A stretch of DNA of 64,000 bases from an uncultured archaeon (GCA_963817525.1 CAWFOU010000007.1:800001-864000), one strand, 5' to 3'. Shown: positions 37,803 through 48,076, numbered from the stretch's first letter. Notes: generated by a model from the letters alone, not told the origin. Program-made: numbers and translations.

Positions 37803-38231
37803 TTGGAATCCTGGGGCGGCGGTCTCTTCGCCTTCATCAGCCGCAACAAGCTTCTCGTAGTGCTGGCTTCCTCTCTCGTCGCGACCGAAGCCCTAGTGTC
37901 CGTGGCGACCTGGTACGGCGTGGCCGTGCTGGGAGGCCGTGAGCTGAACTGGGTCTACGGATACTCTACGTCCATCGAGGTCGGCAGGCCGATGCTCGCC
38001 CTCTTGTTTGCAGTGCTCCTGGCGGCGTTGTTGGACAGTCCGCGCCAGAGGCTGGTCGGGGTCAGCTGCCTGCTGGGCATGTCGGTCGCAGACCTGATGT
38101 ATGATTCGGTCTACATCGCCACCGGCGGAGAGCTGCTTGGGATGGCGACAGCTGCCTTCGTCGCGTGCGCAATCCCGGCCATCTTCGCGACACGGGCAAT
38201 CCAATTGTCCAGGGCGGGCACCGCGGCCTGA
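37803..38231 (+). CDS. hypothetical membrane protein
   Basis: four hydrophobic segments; TTG start inferred. Confidence 0.5.
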   Translation: MESWGGGLFAFISRNKLLVVLASSLVATEALVSVATWYGVAVLGGRELNWVYGYSTSIEVGRPMLALLFAVLLAALLDSPRQRLVGVSCLLGMSVADLMYDSVYIATGGELLGMATAAFVACAIPAIFATRAIQLSRAGTAA

Positions 38232-38304
38232 AGAGAGGCAGTGGCGTAGCGTGGACAAACAAGAATCGACAGGCATTTAAGAGGCGGTCGTGTTGCGGTC
38301 CTTC

Positions 38305-38620
38305 GGTGGCAGGTAGGGAAGGAAGGCTAGCCGTCTTCTCGAGACTCAAACCGGCTTTACGGAGTGCCAGTAACCGTCGGGTAAAGCCAGCTCTCCTCTT
38401 TCCTACGCGTCCGGGCGGGATGATACCACGCCGGGGCAGGCGGTCGCGAGGTGCGGGCCCCTCGAAGGAGGGGTCCTGACTCTTGATTGCCGAACTGGGT
38501 GAGGTCCGGGAGGGAGCAACCCTAAGGTGACACGGCCACGTTGCTCCGTCTACGTGAAGGACCGTTCGGTGCGCGCGATTGGGAGAGGTCGGGCTGGTGA
38601 ACGCCGGCGGGTCTGCCACC
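38305..38620 (+). ncRNA. ffs: SRP (7S) RNA
   Basis: helix-8 motif GAGGTCCGGGAGGGAGCAACCC, helix 1 GGTGGCAG/CTGCCACC, about 316 nt, TTTAAG TATA upstream. Confidence 0.88.
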
Positions 38621-38691
38621 ATAAATGAAGAAGTCCCGCCAGGGCGATGCGCGCGGTCGATGTAAGCGCAAGACGAGCTCGGGTTGATTAT

Positions 38692-38882
38692 TCAATATGC
38701 GATGAAATCCTCGACCTTGTTCAGCCGCCTGGTCGTTGGATCGACCTCCAGACCTAGGCCCTCGAGCGAATCCACCCCGAGAACTTCCGCGTCTCCTAGA
38801 TGCTGCCGGTGTCCACCGTCAGCTCTATCTCCTCGGTCGCCTTCGACCCGCTTATTCTAAGCTTCGCAAGAGTCAATCCCAT
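38692..38882 (-). pseudogene. internally deleted clan AA (retropepsin-like) aspartic protease
   Basis: MGLTLAKLRISG...LTVDTGSI* joined out of frame to GDAEVLGVDSLEGLGLEVDPTTRRL...*. Confidence 0.75.
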
Positions 38883-38983
38883 GGACTGAGAGGTCGGGTC
38901 GCGTATTAAGCGTGTTCGCCACCATAAGTGGACGCAGTAGCCGGTGATGGGCGATGCCGTCTAGTTGACCGATGACAGTGTCG

Positions 38984-39427
38984 TCAAGGCAGAAGGCTTC
39001 GACTTTCGGTTGAATCCGCACCCTGATGAGCCGCGGGGTCCAATGTGCTCGAACCGCCTTGTATCGGGCGTATCCTGCTCAGCTTGCCCGCGAAGACCTT
39101 TTTGAAGAAATACGCGGTCGCGAGGTTCCCTGAGAACATCAACAAGACCGTGATCGGCTCGCTGAAAGGGATGAAGCTTTGGGGAGCGATGACACGGACC
39201 ATACTCTGAATCCCTGTGAATATTGGAATCGAATCCAACCTGAAGGTCCCCAGGACCGTGAAGACCAGGGCATATTGAATCCCGGCGAAGATCCAGACTA
39301 CCGCGGTCAATACTGACGTGAACTGGACGGGCATGAAGGGCAGCATCAAGAAACCGAGCATCGCACAGAAGAAAGTCCAATGTTTGGAGACAGGGTGAAT
39401 GGCAGCATTAGCGACGGCTCGCTTCAT
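38984..39427 (-). CDS. hypothetical membrane protein
   Basis: hydrophobic 147 aa ORF with TTAAAT TATA upstream; lower GC. Confidence 0.5.
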   Translation of the reverse strand: MKRAVANAAIHPVSKHWTFFCAMLGFLMLPFMPVQFTSVLTAVVWIFAGIQYALVFTVLGTFRLDSIPIFTGIQSMVRVIAPQSFIPFSEPITVLLMFSGNLATAYFFKKVFAGKLSRIRPIQGGSSTLDPAAHQGADSTESRSLLP

Positions 39428-39575
39428 GACATCTTGCTGGAAGGATTTTCTAGCATGAAGATTTAAGCGATGTGAAGGATAGCTTCTCCCGGTACATCCC
39501 CCGGAGTTAGAACCTCAAAGAATCTTCTGGACGCGACTGCGTAAAATGCTTTAGCCGTCGCGCAATCCCAAGGGC

Positions 39576-40211
39576 ATGAGACTCGAACAGCGGAGCACCG
39601 CACTCTCCACGACAGCGGGAGCAGTAATAGTTATGGCTGTGATCATCATCGCCGGACTTGTGATCTATGCTGGGACTCGGACGAACACGCCTTCGGGCCT
39701 CTCATCAAGCGGCAGCGTCAACAGTTCGCTCACGAGCGCGCTATCAAGTTGTTCTTCTGCTGGAGTCCCCGCTTACGGGTGCTCGAGCACGGTTACCTCC
39801 GTCTCGAGTAGCTCCACCACCTCCTGCGTACCATCGGTAGCCTACACATGCGCGAGTTCATCGACTAACTCCTCTTCGTCAACATCGGCCGTCGGGGCCG
39901 CTGTAACAATCCCCAAGGGAACTGGCGCAGGGCCTTCCGCAGCACCCGGTTACTCGCCCGATACGATCACGGTCGTCATCGGCATAAACAACACAGTGAC
40001 GTGGACAAATAACGACACGGTCGACCACACGGTCGCCTCGAGCAGCGTCCCTGCCGGTGCAGCCAACTTCACGTCTCCTATGATCGCGCCGGCCGGCACT
40101 TACACTTACACCTTTACCGTATCCGGGACATACAGCTACTACTGCACCCTGCACGCTTGGATGACAGGCACGGTCATCGTGAAGGCTGCAAGCAGCGCGC
40201 CAGCGGCTTAG
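39576..40211 (+). CDS. membrane-anchored blue copper (plastocyanin/azurin-like) protein
   Basis: YSPDTITV, WTNNDTVDHTV, GTYSYYCTLHAWMTG (His, Cys, His, Met ligands). Confidence 0.88.
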   Translation: MRLEQRSTALSTTAGAVIVMAVIIIAGLVIYAGTRTNTPSGLSSSGSVNSSLTSALSSCSSAGVPAYGCSSTVTSVSSSSTTSCVPSVAYTCASSSTNSSSSTSAVGAAVTIPKGTGAGPSAAPGYSPDTITVVIGINNTVTWTNNDTVDHTVASSSVPAGAANFTSPMIAPAGTYTYTFTVSGTYSYYCTLHAWMTGTVIVKAASSAPAA

Positions 40212-40372
40212 GGCTCCCACGACGACGAGCCTTACATTTTCCCTAGAGGCCGAGGAGGTGCGACTCGTCCCCTCTCCGGGGGTGACCGCGCATGGACTTC
40301 TCTCGCCAGAGACGGCGGCCCCAAGCCCGTCGAGGAATTGTCTGACTTGCTACTCACAATCCTAGAAATCGA

Positions 40373-41110
40373 TTACTTGATCGCGCCCGTTATCGCCTTC
40401 CGGTTCGTGTATCCCGCTGCTTCTACCAATAGGGCAATACCCAGAATGACGGAAGAGAGATAGAGCACATCAGCATTTGTGAACCAAGCCACGCCCGTCA
40501 GCACCTGGATGTCAGAGGCGTGTATGTCGAACTCAAAGCGATCGAAAAAGAATATTTCAAGACCCAGTGGAAGAATGGTCAGAGAGGTAATTTCAAACGC
40601 CCGAAGCACGGCAACTCTGATTCCCCTCCTTTGAAACAGGAATAGCGAGACAGCAAAAACCGCAAGCGTGAACAAGACAACCTCGGTGTCGATGAGGTAC
40701 TTCAGTGCGAGAGAGTTGGGCGAAGCAAAAAAGGGAGGTCCGCCGCCTCCGCCCAAGAATGGCGGCGGCGCTTGCCCTACTGGCGTGGCCACGGGGCCAC
40801 CACCGCCATTGGGAGCGCTCCTGCGTGCCAGGTTCGTGAAGAAAGAGGAGAGCCCCGGTATCCCTAGCTGGATTCTTGCGAAATCGTTGACCTCGCTGAC
40901 GAGGAATGAGCGCAGAGGAGTGCTACTGCCACCAGAGAGGAATCCTCTCCCTGCCGCCGCCCCGACGTGCGACGTCCACGCAAAGTAGATGTTGAGCTGT
41001 ATTGTGAGGAAAGACAGCACGCCAGCAAGAGCGAAGAACCTGACCGAGATTTTTCTGGACGAAATCAATGCGGGGGAACTCTCCCGTGGAGAGCCGGATG
41101 CCGTGGGCAA
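40373..41110 (-). CDS. hypothetical membrane protein
   Basis: four TM segments with a Gly/Pro loop. Confidence 0.55.
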   Translation of the reverse strand: MPTASGSPRESSPALISSRKISVRFFALAGVLSFLTIQLNIYFAWTSHVGAAAGRGFLSGGSSTPLRSFLVSEVNDFARIQLGIPGLSSFFTNLARRSAPNGGGGPVATPVGQAPPPFLGGGGGPPFFASPNSLALKYLIDTEVVLFTLAVFAVSLFLFQRRGIRVAVLRAFEITSLTILPLGLEIFFFDRFEFDIHASDIQVLTGVAWFTNADVLYLSSVILGIALLVEAAGYTNRKAITGAIK

Positions 41111-41216
41111 CGGATGCGAAGCGACTAATAAAATTTGTTCAACAATCCCCTGGCATGCTTCCTCCTTGGACTTGGGCCGCGAACGCTAATTAGTGGCGCG
41201 GTCGCCTTGGGCTTCC

Positions 41217-41372
41217 ATGCCGGGCGCGACCGACGGCGGCGGCGAAAAGAGGCTGGAATGGAAAGACTACCTCGCCCTCTTCATCGCCCTCCTCCAGACG
41301 GTGGCCCTCCCAATGGTCTTGCTGATAGTCGCTATCCTTGCGACGCTCGTGATCTTCAGGCTATTGAACTGA
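41217..41372 (+). CDS. small membrane protein (51 aa; not in ORF track)
   Basis: LEWKDYLALFIALLQTVALP..., host-like codon usage. Confidence 0.55.
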   Translation: MPGATDGGGEKRLEWKDYLALFIALLQTVALPMVLLIVAILATLVIFRLLN

Positions 41373-42383
41373 TGAGACGGGCAGCTCGCGCTGGGTCTTC
41401 CTGGTGAAGTCGATGTCGTAGAGGCACTCGGCGAACTGGTCGGGGGCCATCTCCATGGCGGGAGGGAACACCTCGGCGCACCTCTCTGTGGCGTACGCGC
41501 ACCTGGTCCTGAACCTGCACCCCGACGGGATCGTGACAGGGCTGGGCACATCCCCCTCCAGCGGGGCCAGCAGCCTCCGCTTCGTCGGGTCGGGGAGGGG
41601 GACGGACGACAGCAGGGCCTCGGTGTAGGGGTGCCTCGGCCGGCCGAACAGCGACTCGGTCGGCCCTACCTCCACCAGCCGTCCCAGGTACATCACGCCC
41701 GTCCTCGAGCACATCTGCCTCACCACCGCGAGGTTGTGCGAGATGAATAGGTAGGTCAGCCCGAACTCCTTCTGCAGGTCCCTAAGAAGGTTGAGGATCT
41801 GCGCCTGGACCGACACGTCCAGCGACGACGTCGGCTCGTCCAAGACGAGGAACTCGGGGTTGACCGCGAGCGCCCTGGCCACGGCGATCCTCTGTCTCTG
41901 CCCCCCCGAGAACTCGTGCGGGAACCTCGAGAGATGGTCAGGGTTCAACCCGACCACGCGTATGAGCTCCGCGGCCCTCTTGTCCGCCTCATCCTTCCCG
42001 GAGACGATGTGGTGGATGTGCATGGGCTCCGTGAGGGCGGACTTCACGCTCTGCCGGGGGTCCAGCGAGGCGTACGGGTCCTGGAAGACGATCTGCATCT
42101 TGCGGCGGAAGGGCTTCAGCTTGGCACCCTTGAGCTTGCAGATGTCGGTCCCGTCGAAGAGGATCTTCCCAGCCCGAGGCTCCACGAGCCGGACGATCGT
42201 CCTGGCGAGGGTGGTCTTCCCGCATCCCGACTCGCCCACGATCCCGAGCGTCTCCCCCCTCCTGACCGTCAGGCTCACGCCGTCCACGGCCTTGACGTAG
42301 GCCTGCGTCCTTCCCAGGATCCCTCCCTTTATGGGGAACCACGTGAAGACGTCCTCCGTCCTGAGAAGCTCCGGGTCCTGCAT
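41361..42383 (-). CDS. oppF: oligo/dipeptide ABC ATPase
   Basis: GESGCGKT, FSGGQRQR, HPYT, GCRF.TRC. Confidence 0.92.
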   Translation of the reverse strand: MQDPELLRTEDVFTWFPIKGGILGRTQAYVKAVDGVSLTVRRGETLGIVGESGCGKTTLARTIVRLVEPRAGKILFDGTDICKLKGAKLKPFRRKMQIVFQDPYASLDPRQSVKSALTEPMHIHHIVSGKDEADKRAAELIRVVGLNPDHLSRFPHEFSGGQRQRIAVARALAVNPEFLVLDEPTSSLDVSVQAQILNLLRDLQKEFGLTYLFISHNLAVVRQMCSRTGVMYLGRLVEVGPTESLFGRPRHPYTEALLSSVPLPDPTKRRLLAPLEGDVPSPVTIPSGCRFRTRCAYATERCAEVFPPAMEMAPDQFAECLYDIDFTRKTQRELPVSSVQ

Positions 42384-42388
42384 CTCTC

Positions 42389-43510
42389 TCAGCCTCCGTA
42401 GAGGAAGCACTCGACGTAGTGGCCCGGCCGCGCCTCGACCAGCGGCGGCTTGGAGAGGGGGCACTTCTCGAAGGCGGACGGGCAGCGAGGATGGAAGCGG
42501 CAGCCGCTCGGCGGGTAGATGAGGTTCGGCACCGACCCCTTGATGGTGCTCAGCTCCCCCTTCACCGCGTCCGGCCGGGGTATCGCGGCGAGAAGGCCCT
42601 GGGTGTAGGGGTGAAGAGGGTTCTTGAAGAGCTCGCCGACCTCCGCGACCTCGACGATGTTCCCGGCGTACATCACGGCCACCCGGTCGCACACCTCCGC
42701 CACGACCGCTAGGTCGTGGGTGATTAGGAGGATCGACGCGTCGATCTTGGTCTTGAGCTCCGTCAGCAGCTTGAGGATCTGAGCCTGGACGGTCACATCG
42801 AGCGCGGTCGTTATCTCGTCGGCGATAAGGAGTGCCGGCCTCCTGACGAGCGCCATCGCTATCATCGCCCTCTGGCGCATCCCGCCGGACAGCTCGAAGG
42901 GATACGTCTTGAACATCCTCTCGGGCTCGGGCAGCCTGACGGTTCCCAGGATCGCGACGGCGTACGCCTTTGAGAGCCTCTTGAACTCCCCCCTGCTGAG
43001 GGCTTCGTGGGATGGAAGGGCCTCGAGCTTGTTCTTTTCCCGGCTCTCCTCCTCCGTCAGCGACCCGCCTTGCGCTGCCTTCTCGAGCGCCTCCAGCCTC
43101 GCGGCGACGACCACGGGCGTGAAGACACGCCGGTCGGTCTCTAGGATCTCTATTATCTGGGAGCCCACAGTGAGGACAGGGTTCAGGTAGGTCAGGGGGT
43201 CCTGGAAGACCATCGCCATCTCCCTGAGCCTGGCCATCCTGATTTCGCCCTGCTTCTCCGTGAGGAGGTCCTTTCCGTCCAGGAATATCTCCCCGCCGAC
43301 CACCTCCGCGTTCGGAGGTAGGAGTCCTTCTATGGACAGGGCGGTGACAGACTTGCCCGAACCGGACTCGCCCACTAGCCCGAGGACCTCTCCCCTCCTC
43401 ACGGAGAGATTCACCCCATCCAGGGCCTTCACCTGCCCCGCGAACGTTTGGAAGTTCACCTGGAGGTTCTTGACCAGGAGGATCTCCCCGCCGGAGTGCT
43501 GAGAGCTCAT
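42389..43510 (-). CDS. oppD: oligo/dipeptide ABC ATPase
   Basis: GESGSGKS, LSGGMRQR, HPYT, GCRFHPRC. Confidence 0.92.
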   Translation of the reverse strand: MSSQHSGGEILLVKNLQVNFQTFAGQVKALDGVNLSVRRGEVLGLVGESGSGKSVTALSIEGLLPPNAEVVGGEIFLDGKDLLTEKQGEIRMARLREMAMVFQDPLTYLNPVLTVGSQIIEILETDRRVFTPVVVAARLEALEKAAQGGSLTEEESREKNKLEALPSHEALSRGEFKRLSKAYAVAILGTVRLPEPERMFKTYPFELSGGMRQRAMIAMALVRRPALLIADEITTALDVTVQAQILKLLTELKTKIDASILLITHDLAVVAEVCDRVAVMYAGNIVEVAEVGELFKNPLHPYTQGLLAAIPRPDAVKGELSTIKGSVPNLIYPPSGCRFHPRCPSAFEKCPLSKPPLVEARPGHYVECFLYGG

Positions 43511-44427
43511 CTCCTCAGCCTCGGGTCGAGGATGTCCCTCAGGCCGTCCCCGAGGAGGTTGAAGCCGAGCGAGATGAGGAGTATCGTGAGTCCAGGGAAG
43601 ATTATGAGCCACGGCGCGGTGAAGAAGTACTGGCTCCCGAGGCTGGCCAAGTTCCCGAGCTCGGGCAGGAGGGGGCTCGGGCTGAGCCCTATGAATGTCA
43701 GCGCGGAGACCGTCAGGATGACGCTCCCGATGTCCAGGGTCGCCTGCACCATGAGCGGGTAAATCGAGTTCGGGACGATGTGCCTGAACAGGATCCTGAG
43801 CCTGCCCGCGCCTATGGACCGCAGGCTCTCGACATACGGCCTCTCCTTCTCGCTCAGCACCTGCGACCTGACGAGCCTCACATACGTCGGCCACCAGATC
43901 AGGACCACCGCGGCGGTGAGGACGGGGAGCGTCCTCCCGAAGACCACCATGAAGACTATCGCAAGGAGTATCCCCGGGACAGCCAGGAATATGTCGGTCA
44001 CACGTAGGATCGCCTCGTCGACTATCCCGCCGGCGTATGACGCTGTCGCCCCGAAGACGATGCCTATCGTGACGGCGGAGAGCACAACCTCGAGCGCGAT
44101 CTGGAGGTCGACAGGGATGGCGAGGACGATCATCTGGAGGAGGTTCCTCCCGTAGGAGTCCGTCCCCAGAGGATACTGGGTCGGGCACCTTGCGATGTTC
44201 GCGTTCCCCCAGCCGAAGAGCGGGTTGTTCCAGCAGTTCTTCAGGCTCGGGTGCGTGAGCTGCCAGAGCGCCGGGTTTACCAGGACGTGGGACAGGAGCG
44301 CGGTCGCGATGCTGCCCACGGAGAGCACCAGACCTGCGAGGACCAACGGGTTCTTACCTAAGAGGTGGAGCGCGTACCTGAGGTCGGCTGACCGCTTTAC
44401 GTCGGTGGCTGGCTCGGTTTCTGTCAT
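43507..44427 (-). CDS. oppC: oligo/dipeptide ABC permease
   Basis: LGTDSYGRN, GDGLRDILDPR. Confidence 0.92.
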   Translation of the reverse strand: MTETEPATDVKRSADLRYALHLLGKNPLVLAGLVLSVGSIATALLSHVLVNPALWQLTHPSLKNCWNNPLFGWGNANIARCPTQYPLGTDSYGRNLLQMIVLAIPVDLQIALEVVLSAVTIGIVFGATASYAGGIVDEAILRVTDIFLAVPGILLAIVFMVVFGRTLPVLTAAVVLIWWPTYVRLVRSQVLSEKERPYVESLRSIGAGRLRILFRHIVPNSIYPLMVQATLDIGSVILTVSALTFIGLSPSPLLPELGNLASLGSQYFFTAPWLIIFPGLTILLISLGFNLLGDGLRDILDPRLRR

Positions 44428-44437
44428 GGCTCTCGGC

Positions 44438-45553
44438 TCAATAGCGGATCCGCGGGTCCAGCTTCGCGTAGATTATGTCGACGGCGAGGTTCGTCACCAC
44501 GATGATGAGCGCGGTCACGAGGACGTAGAGTTCGATGAAGTTGATGTCAAACACGTTGACCGCCTGGAGGGAGGTGTATCCGACGCCGGGAAGGTCGAAG
44601 ACAATCTCGATTACGACGACCCCTCCGAAGAGGAAGGCCGTGAGGAGACCCGCGACGGTGACGGCGGGCAGGAGGGCGTTCCTCAGGGCGTGCCTGTAGA
44701 CCACCACGCGCCCCTGGAGCCCCTTCGATTTGGCCAGCAGGATGTAGTCCTGCTTCAGGACCTCTAGCATGCTCGACCTGACTATCCTGGTGAGCGCCCC
44801 GATCGACGTTATCGAGAGGGTGATGGCCGGGAGGATCATCGCCACGAAAGAGTCCCAGGCGTAGTGCAGGTTACCCGAGACGATGCCGTCGATGATGGGC
44901 GCCCCGGTCACCGCCTTGACCGTGCCCGGGTTGTGGAAGCATATGGCGCAGCCGACGGCGAGCGCGCCACTCCCCGGGAGGAGGCCCAGGCCGCCGACGC
45001 GCACATAGAGCACGAAGATGATCAGGAGGACGTAGCCGAACCAGAACTGCGGTATCGAATAACCCCCGAGCGAGACTATGCGCGAGATGTGGTCGGGCAG
45101 CTTGTTGTTGTGGGTGGCAGAGACGATCCCCAGAGGGATGCCGATTGCGATGGTGAGTATCGCTCCCATCACGGCGAGCTGGGCCGTGAAGGGAAACCTG
45201 CTGAAGAAAACGGAGACAGTCTTCTGCCCCGTTATCGAGGGAAGGAGGGTGTAGCCCCAGTTCCCCTTCAGGACGTTGGTGAGCCAGGCTATGTACTGGG
45301 ACCAAACGGGCACCAGGCAGCTATGCTGGAGGGCCGAGAACGCCTGAAAAGAAGGGCAGGAGTTGGTCGCGACTCCGAGCGACTGGGCGAGCACGAGCTT
45401 CTGCTGGGCGTCCATCCTTGGGGTGATGTAAGGAGCGAGGGCAAAGCTGGGAGGAAGAAACCCTCGCGTGAGGTAGAACATCATGAGGCTGATTCCGAAC
45501 AGTACGAGTCCCATCAGGAGTATCCTTCTGATGGCGTACTCGTAGAGCTTCAA
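44438..45553 (-). CDS. oppB: oligo/dipeptide ABC permease
   Basis: RSSMLEVL..DY..AKSKGL, HALRNA, LDPRIRY. Confidence 0.92.
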   Translation of the reverse strand: MKLYEYAIRRILLMGLVLFGISLMMFYLTRGFLPPSFALAPYITPRMDAQQKLVLAQSLGVATNSCPSFQAFSALQHSCLVPVWSQYIAWLTNVLKGNWGYTLLPSITGQKTVSVFFSRFPFTAQLAVMGAILTIAIGIPLGIVSATHNNKLPDHISRIVSLGGYSIPQFWFGYVLLIIFVLYVRVGGLGLLPGSGALAVGCAICFHNPGTVKAVTGAPIIDGIVSGNLHYAWDSFVAMILPAITLSITSIGALTRIVRSSMLEVLKQDYILLAKSKGLQGRVVVYRHALRNALLPAVTVAGLLTAFLFGGVVVIEIVFDLPGVGYTSLQAVNVFDINFIELYVLVTALIIVVTNLAVDIIYAKLDPRIRY

Positions 45554-45692
45554 TTGCTATAATCGCCGTTTTCGAATATTTGAGGATTCGCGGGAGGCCG
45601 CGGAATCCCGGGTCGCCGCGAAGAATAGGGTGGAGGGGCCGCTCAGCGCGGCCCCGAAGTTCGCCACAACTAAGCGGAGGGCCCCTCCCTCT

Positions 45693-47855
45693 CTAGTAGA
45701 GGGTGGCGAAGTACTCGGGCCCTACGCCGTTGCCTGCAGCGCTGCCTAGGCTCGTGTTCCAATACATGCCTTGGACGTTGGAGGTCATCGTCACGAAGTT
45801 GACGACGTTGAAGGTCCAAAGGTACATGACCTCCTTGTTCGAGAGCGCGTTCATCTGGTCGCTGTACTGGATGAGCGCTGGAAGGTTGTTCGAGGCGCTG
45901 GCGTTGAGGCTCTGCTGGTAGAGGGCGTTCATGGCGGGGAAGTTCATCCCCGACGTCCCTGGATAGGTGCCCGGATACGCTAGCATGTTGCCTGTGAAGT
46001 CGAGGACCCACGGGTAGTCGTCAATCCATCCGAGCGCATACATGTAGAGGTGGGTAGGCTCCGAGAACGCCTCTGTGATCATCTGCCCTGTCGGGAGAGG
46101 CTGCACCACGACGTTCAGCCCCATGTTGTAGGTGGTGCTGATGTTGTTGATGGTGCCGGCCATGTCGTTGAAGATGGCCTCGTCAGCTGTGTCTCCCGAC
46201 CCGTAGACCAGCGCGACCGTTTGGGACACCGGGCCCGCGCACACCCCGTTAGCAAACGTCTTGCATCCGAATGTGTTGTTGAAGAGTCCCGCGGGAGCTC
46301 TAGTCCCGTTGACGAAGTTGAAGGACGTGATGGGGTTTTGCATAGCCTGTATCAGGAGCTGTGCGGCTGCGTCCGGGTTGTAGCTGTAGGCCGGCGTTAT
46401 GCTAGAGTTGTAGACTCCGGCAGGGGGTAGTCCAGGCGGAACCACGTTATCGGCGACCTTGCCCAGGTTGTCGTTGTTGGAGATGAGCTCTTGGGTCATG
46501 TTGACCGCGTCCGAGAAGGCCAACCTGATCCTCTGGTCAGCGAAAGGCTGCCACGAGTAAAAGGCGCCGGTCAGCGGGCTCGAGACGTTGGTGCCGTAGG
46601 GGTCGAACAGGGTGGAGAGGAAGGGATAGGGCCCGTATAGGGATACTCCTGGGAGGCTGGACGTCAGGTTCCCAGTGCTCAGCCATGTGCTCTTCGAGGC
46701 CACGTCGTAGAGGTTCGTGCCCTCGACGTCTATCGCCATCGCCTGCCCGGGCGTCTTGGCGGCGTTCTGGAGGTCGATCTCACGGGTCGTCTGGTCCGCC
46801 ACGTACTTGAAGACGACAGTCTTGATCTGCGCCTCTATCTTCTGGCCACCAGCGAACTGGTAGGGGGCGCCCCAGTAGCTCGGGTTGGCCTGGAGCGTGA
46901 TTGTGTTCGTCGAAAGGTCATCGCCCGTCATCGTGTATGGCCCGGTTCCTGCCGTGGAGCCCTGGGTCGAGGTGTTGAGGTAAGTGCCTGCGCATCCCGA
47001 GGGGGTCGAACCTGAGTTGCAGGTCGCCGACATGTCGTCGAAGTATTCGATAGCCTTCTGCGTGAAGTTCCCGGTCAGCGTCGTATAGGGCAGCGTGTAC
47101 CCGGCGCTAGCCGCGGTCCAAAGGCCGAGGTCGTGCTGCTCCACATAGCCCGGCGCCAGCTGGTCGACGATCGGGTTGGAGAACAAGTAGGGGAACGCGG
47201 CGTTAGGGTTCTCCACGTTAACGTTGAAGGTGTACTGGCCGGTGACTTGGACGAAGTTCTGGGCCAGCCACTCGTTGACATAGGCGGTCCCATATGTCTG
47301 GGCCCCGCTGAAGAACGTGCTGAGGGACTGGTTCGAGAGCTGCTGGATGAGCCAGCTGGACTGGGTGCCGTGGCCCACCGGAGTGCTGCCGTCGAGTATC
47401 AGCGCCCTGTTGAGGTTGAACCAGACCACCGAAGAGTTAAGCTGCTCGCTGTCGGCGAAGCTTATCCCTGACCTGAGCGTGAAGGTGTACTGCGTCCCCG
47501 CGGTGTTCCCCGAGTAGCTCGATGCCAGCCATGGGATGACGCACGTGGCGCACGAGGAGTTGTACCAGAGAATAGGCTCGTAGACGTTCTGCATCACGTT
47601 GTAGTCATACGAGTAATAGGAGACCGCCGGGTCGAGATACTGCGCAGTCTCTCCCGCCTCGTACGTGATCGAGGCTGGAACGGCTCCCGATGTGGTTGCC
47701 GTGCCTGTGCCGGTCGAGGACATCGACGTCGTGGTGGAGCTCGAGCTCTTCGAGCTGAGTTCTACGGCCGCTATCGCTGCGACCACCAGGATTACCAGGA
47801 CCGCGGCTATCGTCACATTCCTCGAGATTGCATGCCTATTGGGGTTGGTTTCCAA
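45693..47855 (-). CDS. oppA: family 5 ABC substrate-binding protein
   Basis: LDPA, NVYE, PWLA, YTFTLR.GI.F.D, GTGPY, ANPSYWG. Confidence 0.88.
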   Translation of the reverse strand: METNPNRHAISRNVTIAAVLVILVVAAIAAVELSSKSSSSTTTSMSSTGTGTATTSGAVPASITYEAGETAQYLDPAVSYYSYDYNVMQNVYEPILWYNSSCATCVIPWLASSYSGNTAGTQYTFTLRSGISFADSEQLNSSVVWFNLNRALILDGSTPVGHGTQSSWLIQQLSNQSLSTFFSGAQTYGTAYVNEWLAQNFVQVTGQYTFNVNVENPNAAFPYLFSNPIVDQLAPGYVEQHDLGLWTAASAGYTLPYTTLTGNFTQKAIEYFDDMSATCNSGSTPSGCAGTYLNTSTQGSTAGTGPYTMTGDDLSTNTITLQANPSYWGAPYQFAGGQKIEAQIKTVVFKYVADQTTREIDLQNAAKTPGQAMAIDVEGTNLYDVASKSTWLSTGNLTSSLPGVSLYGPYPFLSTLFDPYGTNVSSPLTGAFYSWQPFADQRIRLAFSDAVNMTQELISNNDNLGKVADNVVPPGLPPAGVYNSSITPAYSYNPDAAAQLLIQAMQNPITSFNFVNGTRAPAGLFNNTFGCKTFANGVCAGPVSQTVALVYGSGDTADEAIFNDMAGTINNISTTYNMGLNVVVQPLPTGQMITEAFSEPTHLYMYALGWIDDYPWVLDFTGNMLAYPGTYPGTSGMNFPAMNALYQQSLNASASNNLPALIQYSDQMNALSNKEVMYLWTFNVVNFVTMTSNVQGMYWNTSLGSAAGNGVGPEYFATLY

Positions 47856-47859
47856 ATAG

Positions 47860-47883
47860 AATCAGGGCTACTTAGCCCTGATT
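47860..47883. promoter_or_regulatory. 11-bp inverted repeat between TATA and oppA start
   Basis: AATCAGGGCTA-CT-TAGCCCTGATT. Confidence 0.6.
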
Positions 47884-48076
47884 TTAGGCAAATCTAGTAT
47901 AAGAACGTATCCAAACGGATGCTTGTTATATTGCGCGGCTATGTTAAGTGAAAATCGGAAAGCTTCGGGCTTTACGATTGTGAGAGAGGCAATCGATCCC
48001 TGTCCTTGGTGGCAGGCAGACGGAGTGTAAGGCTGCCACCGTTTTTTTATATTGGCGAGAGACGGGCCGTGCCTAG

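Noticed and set aside
45585-45660. GC-rich hairpins between oppA and oppB
   Set aside because: Consistent with ordinary mRNA-stabilising structures after a binding-protein gene; no promoter or other sign of a separate RNA
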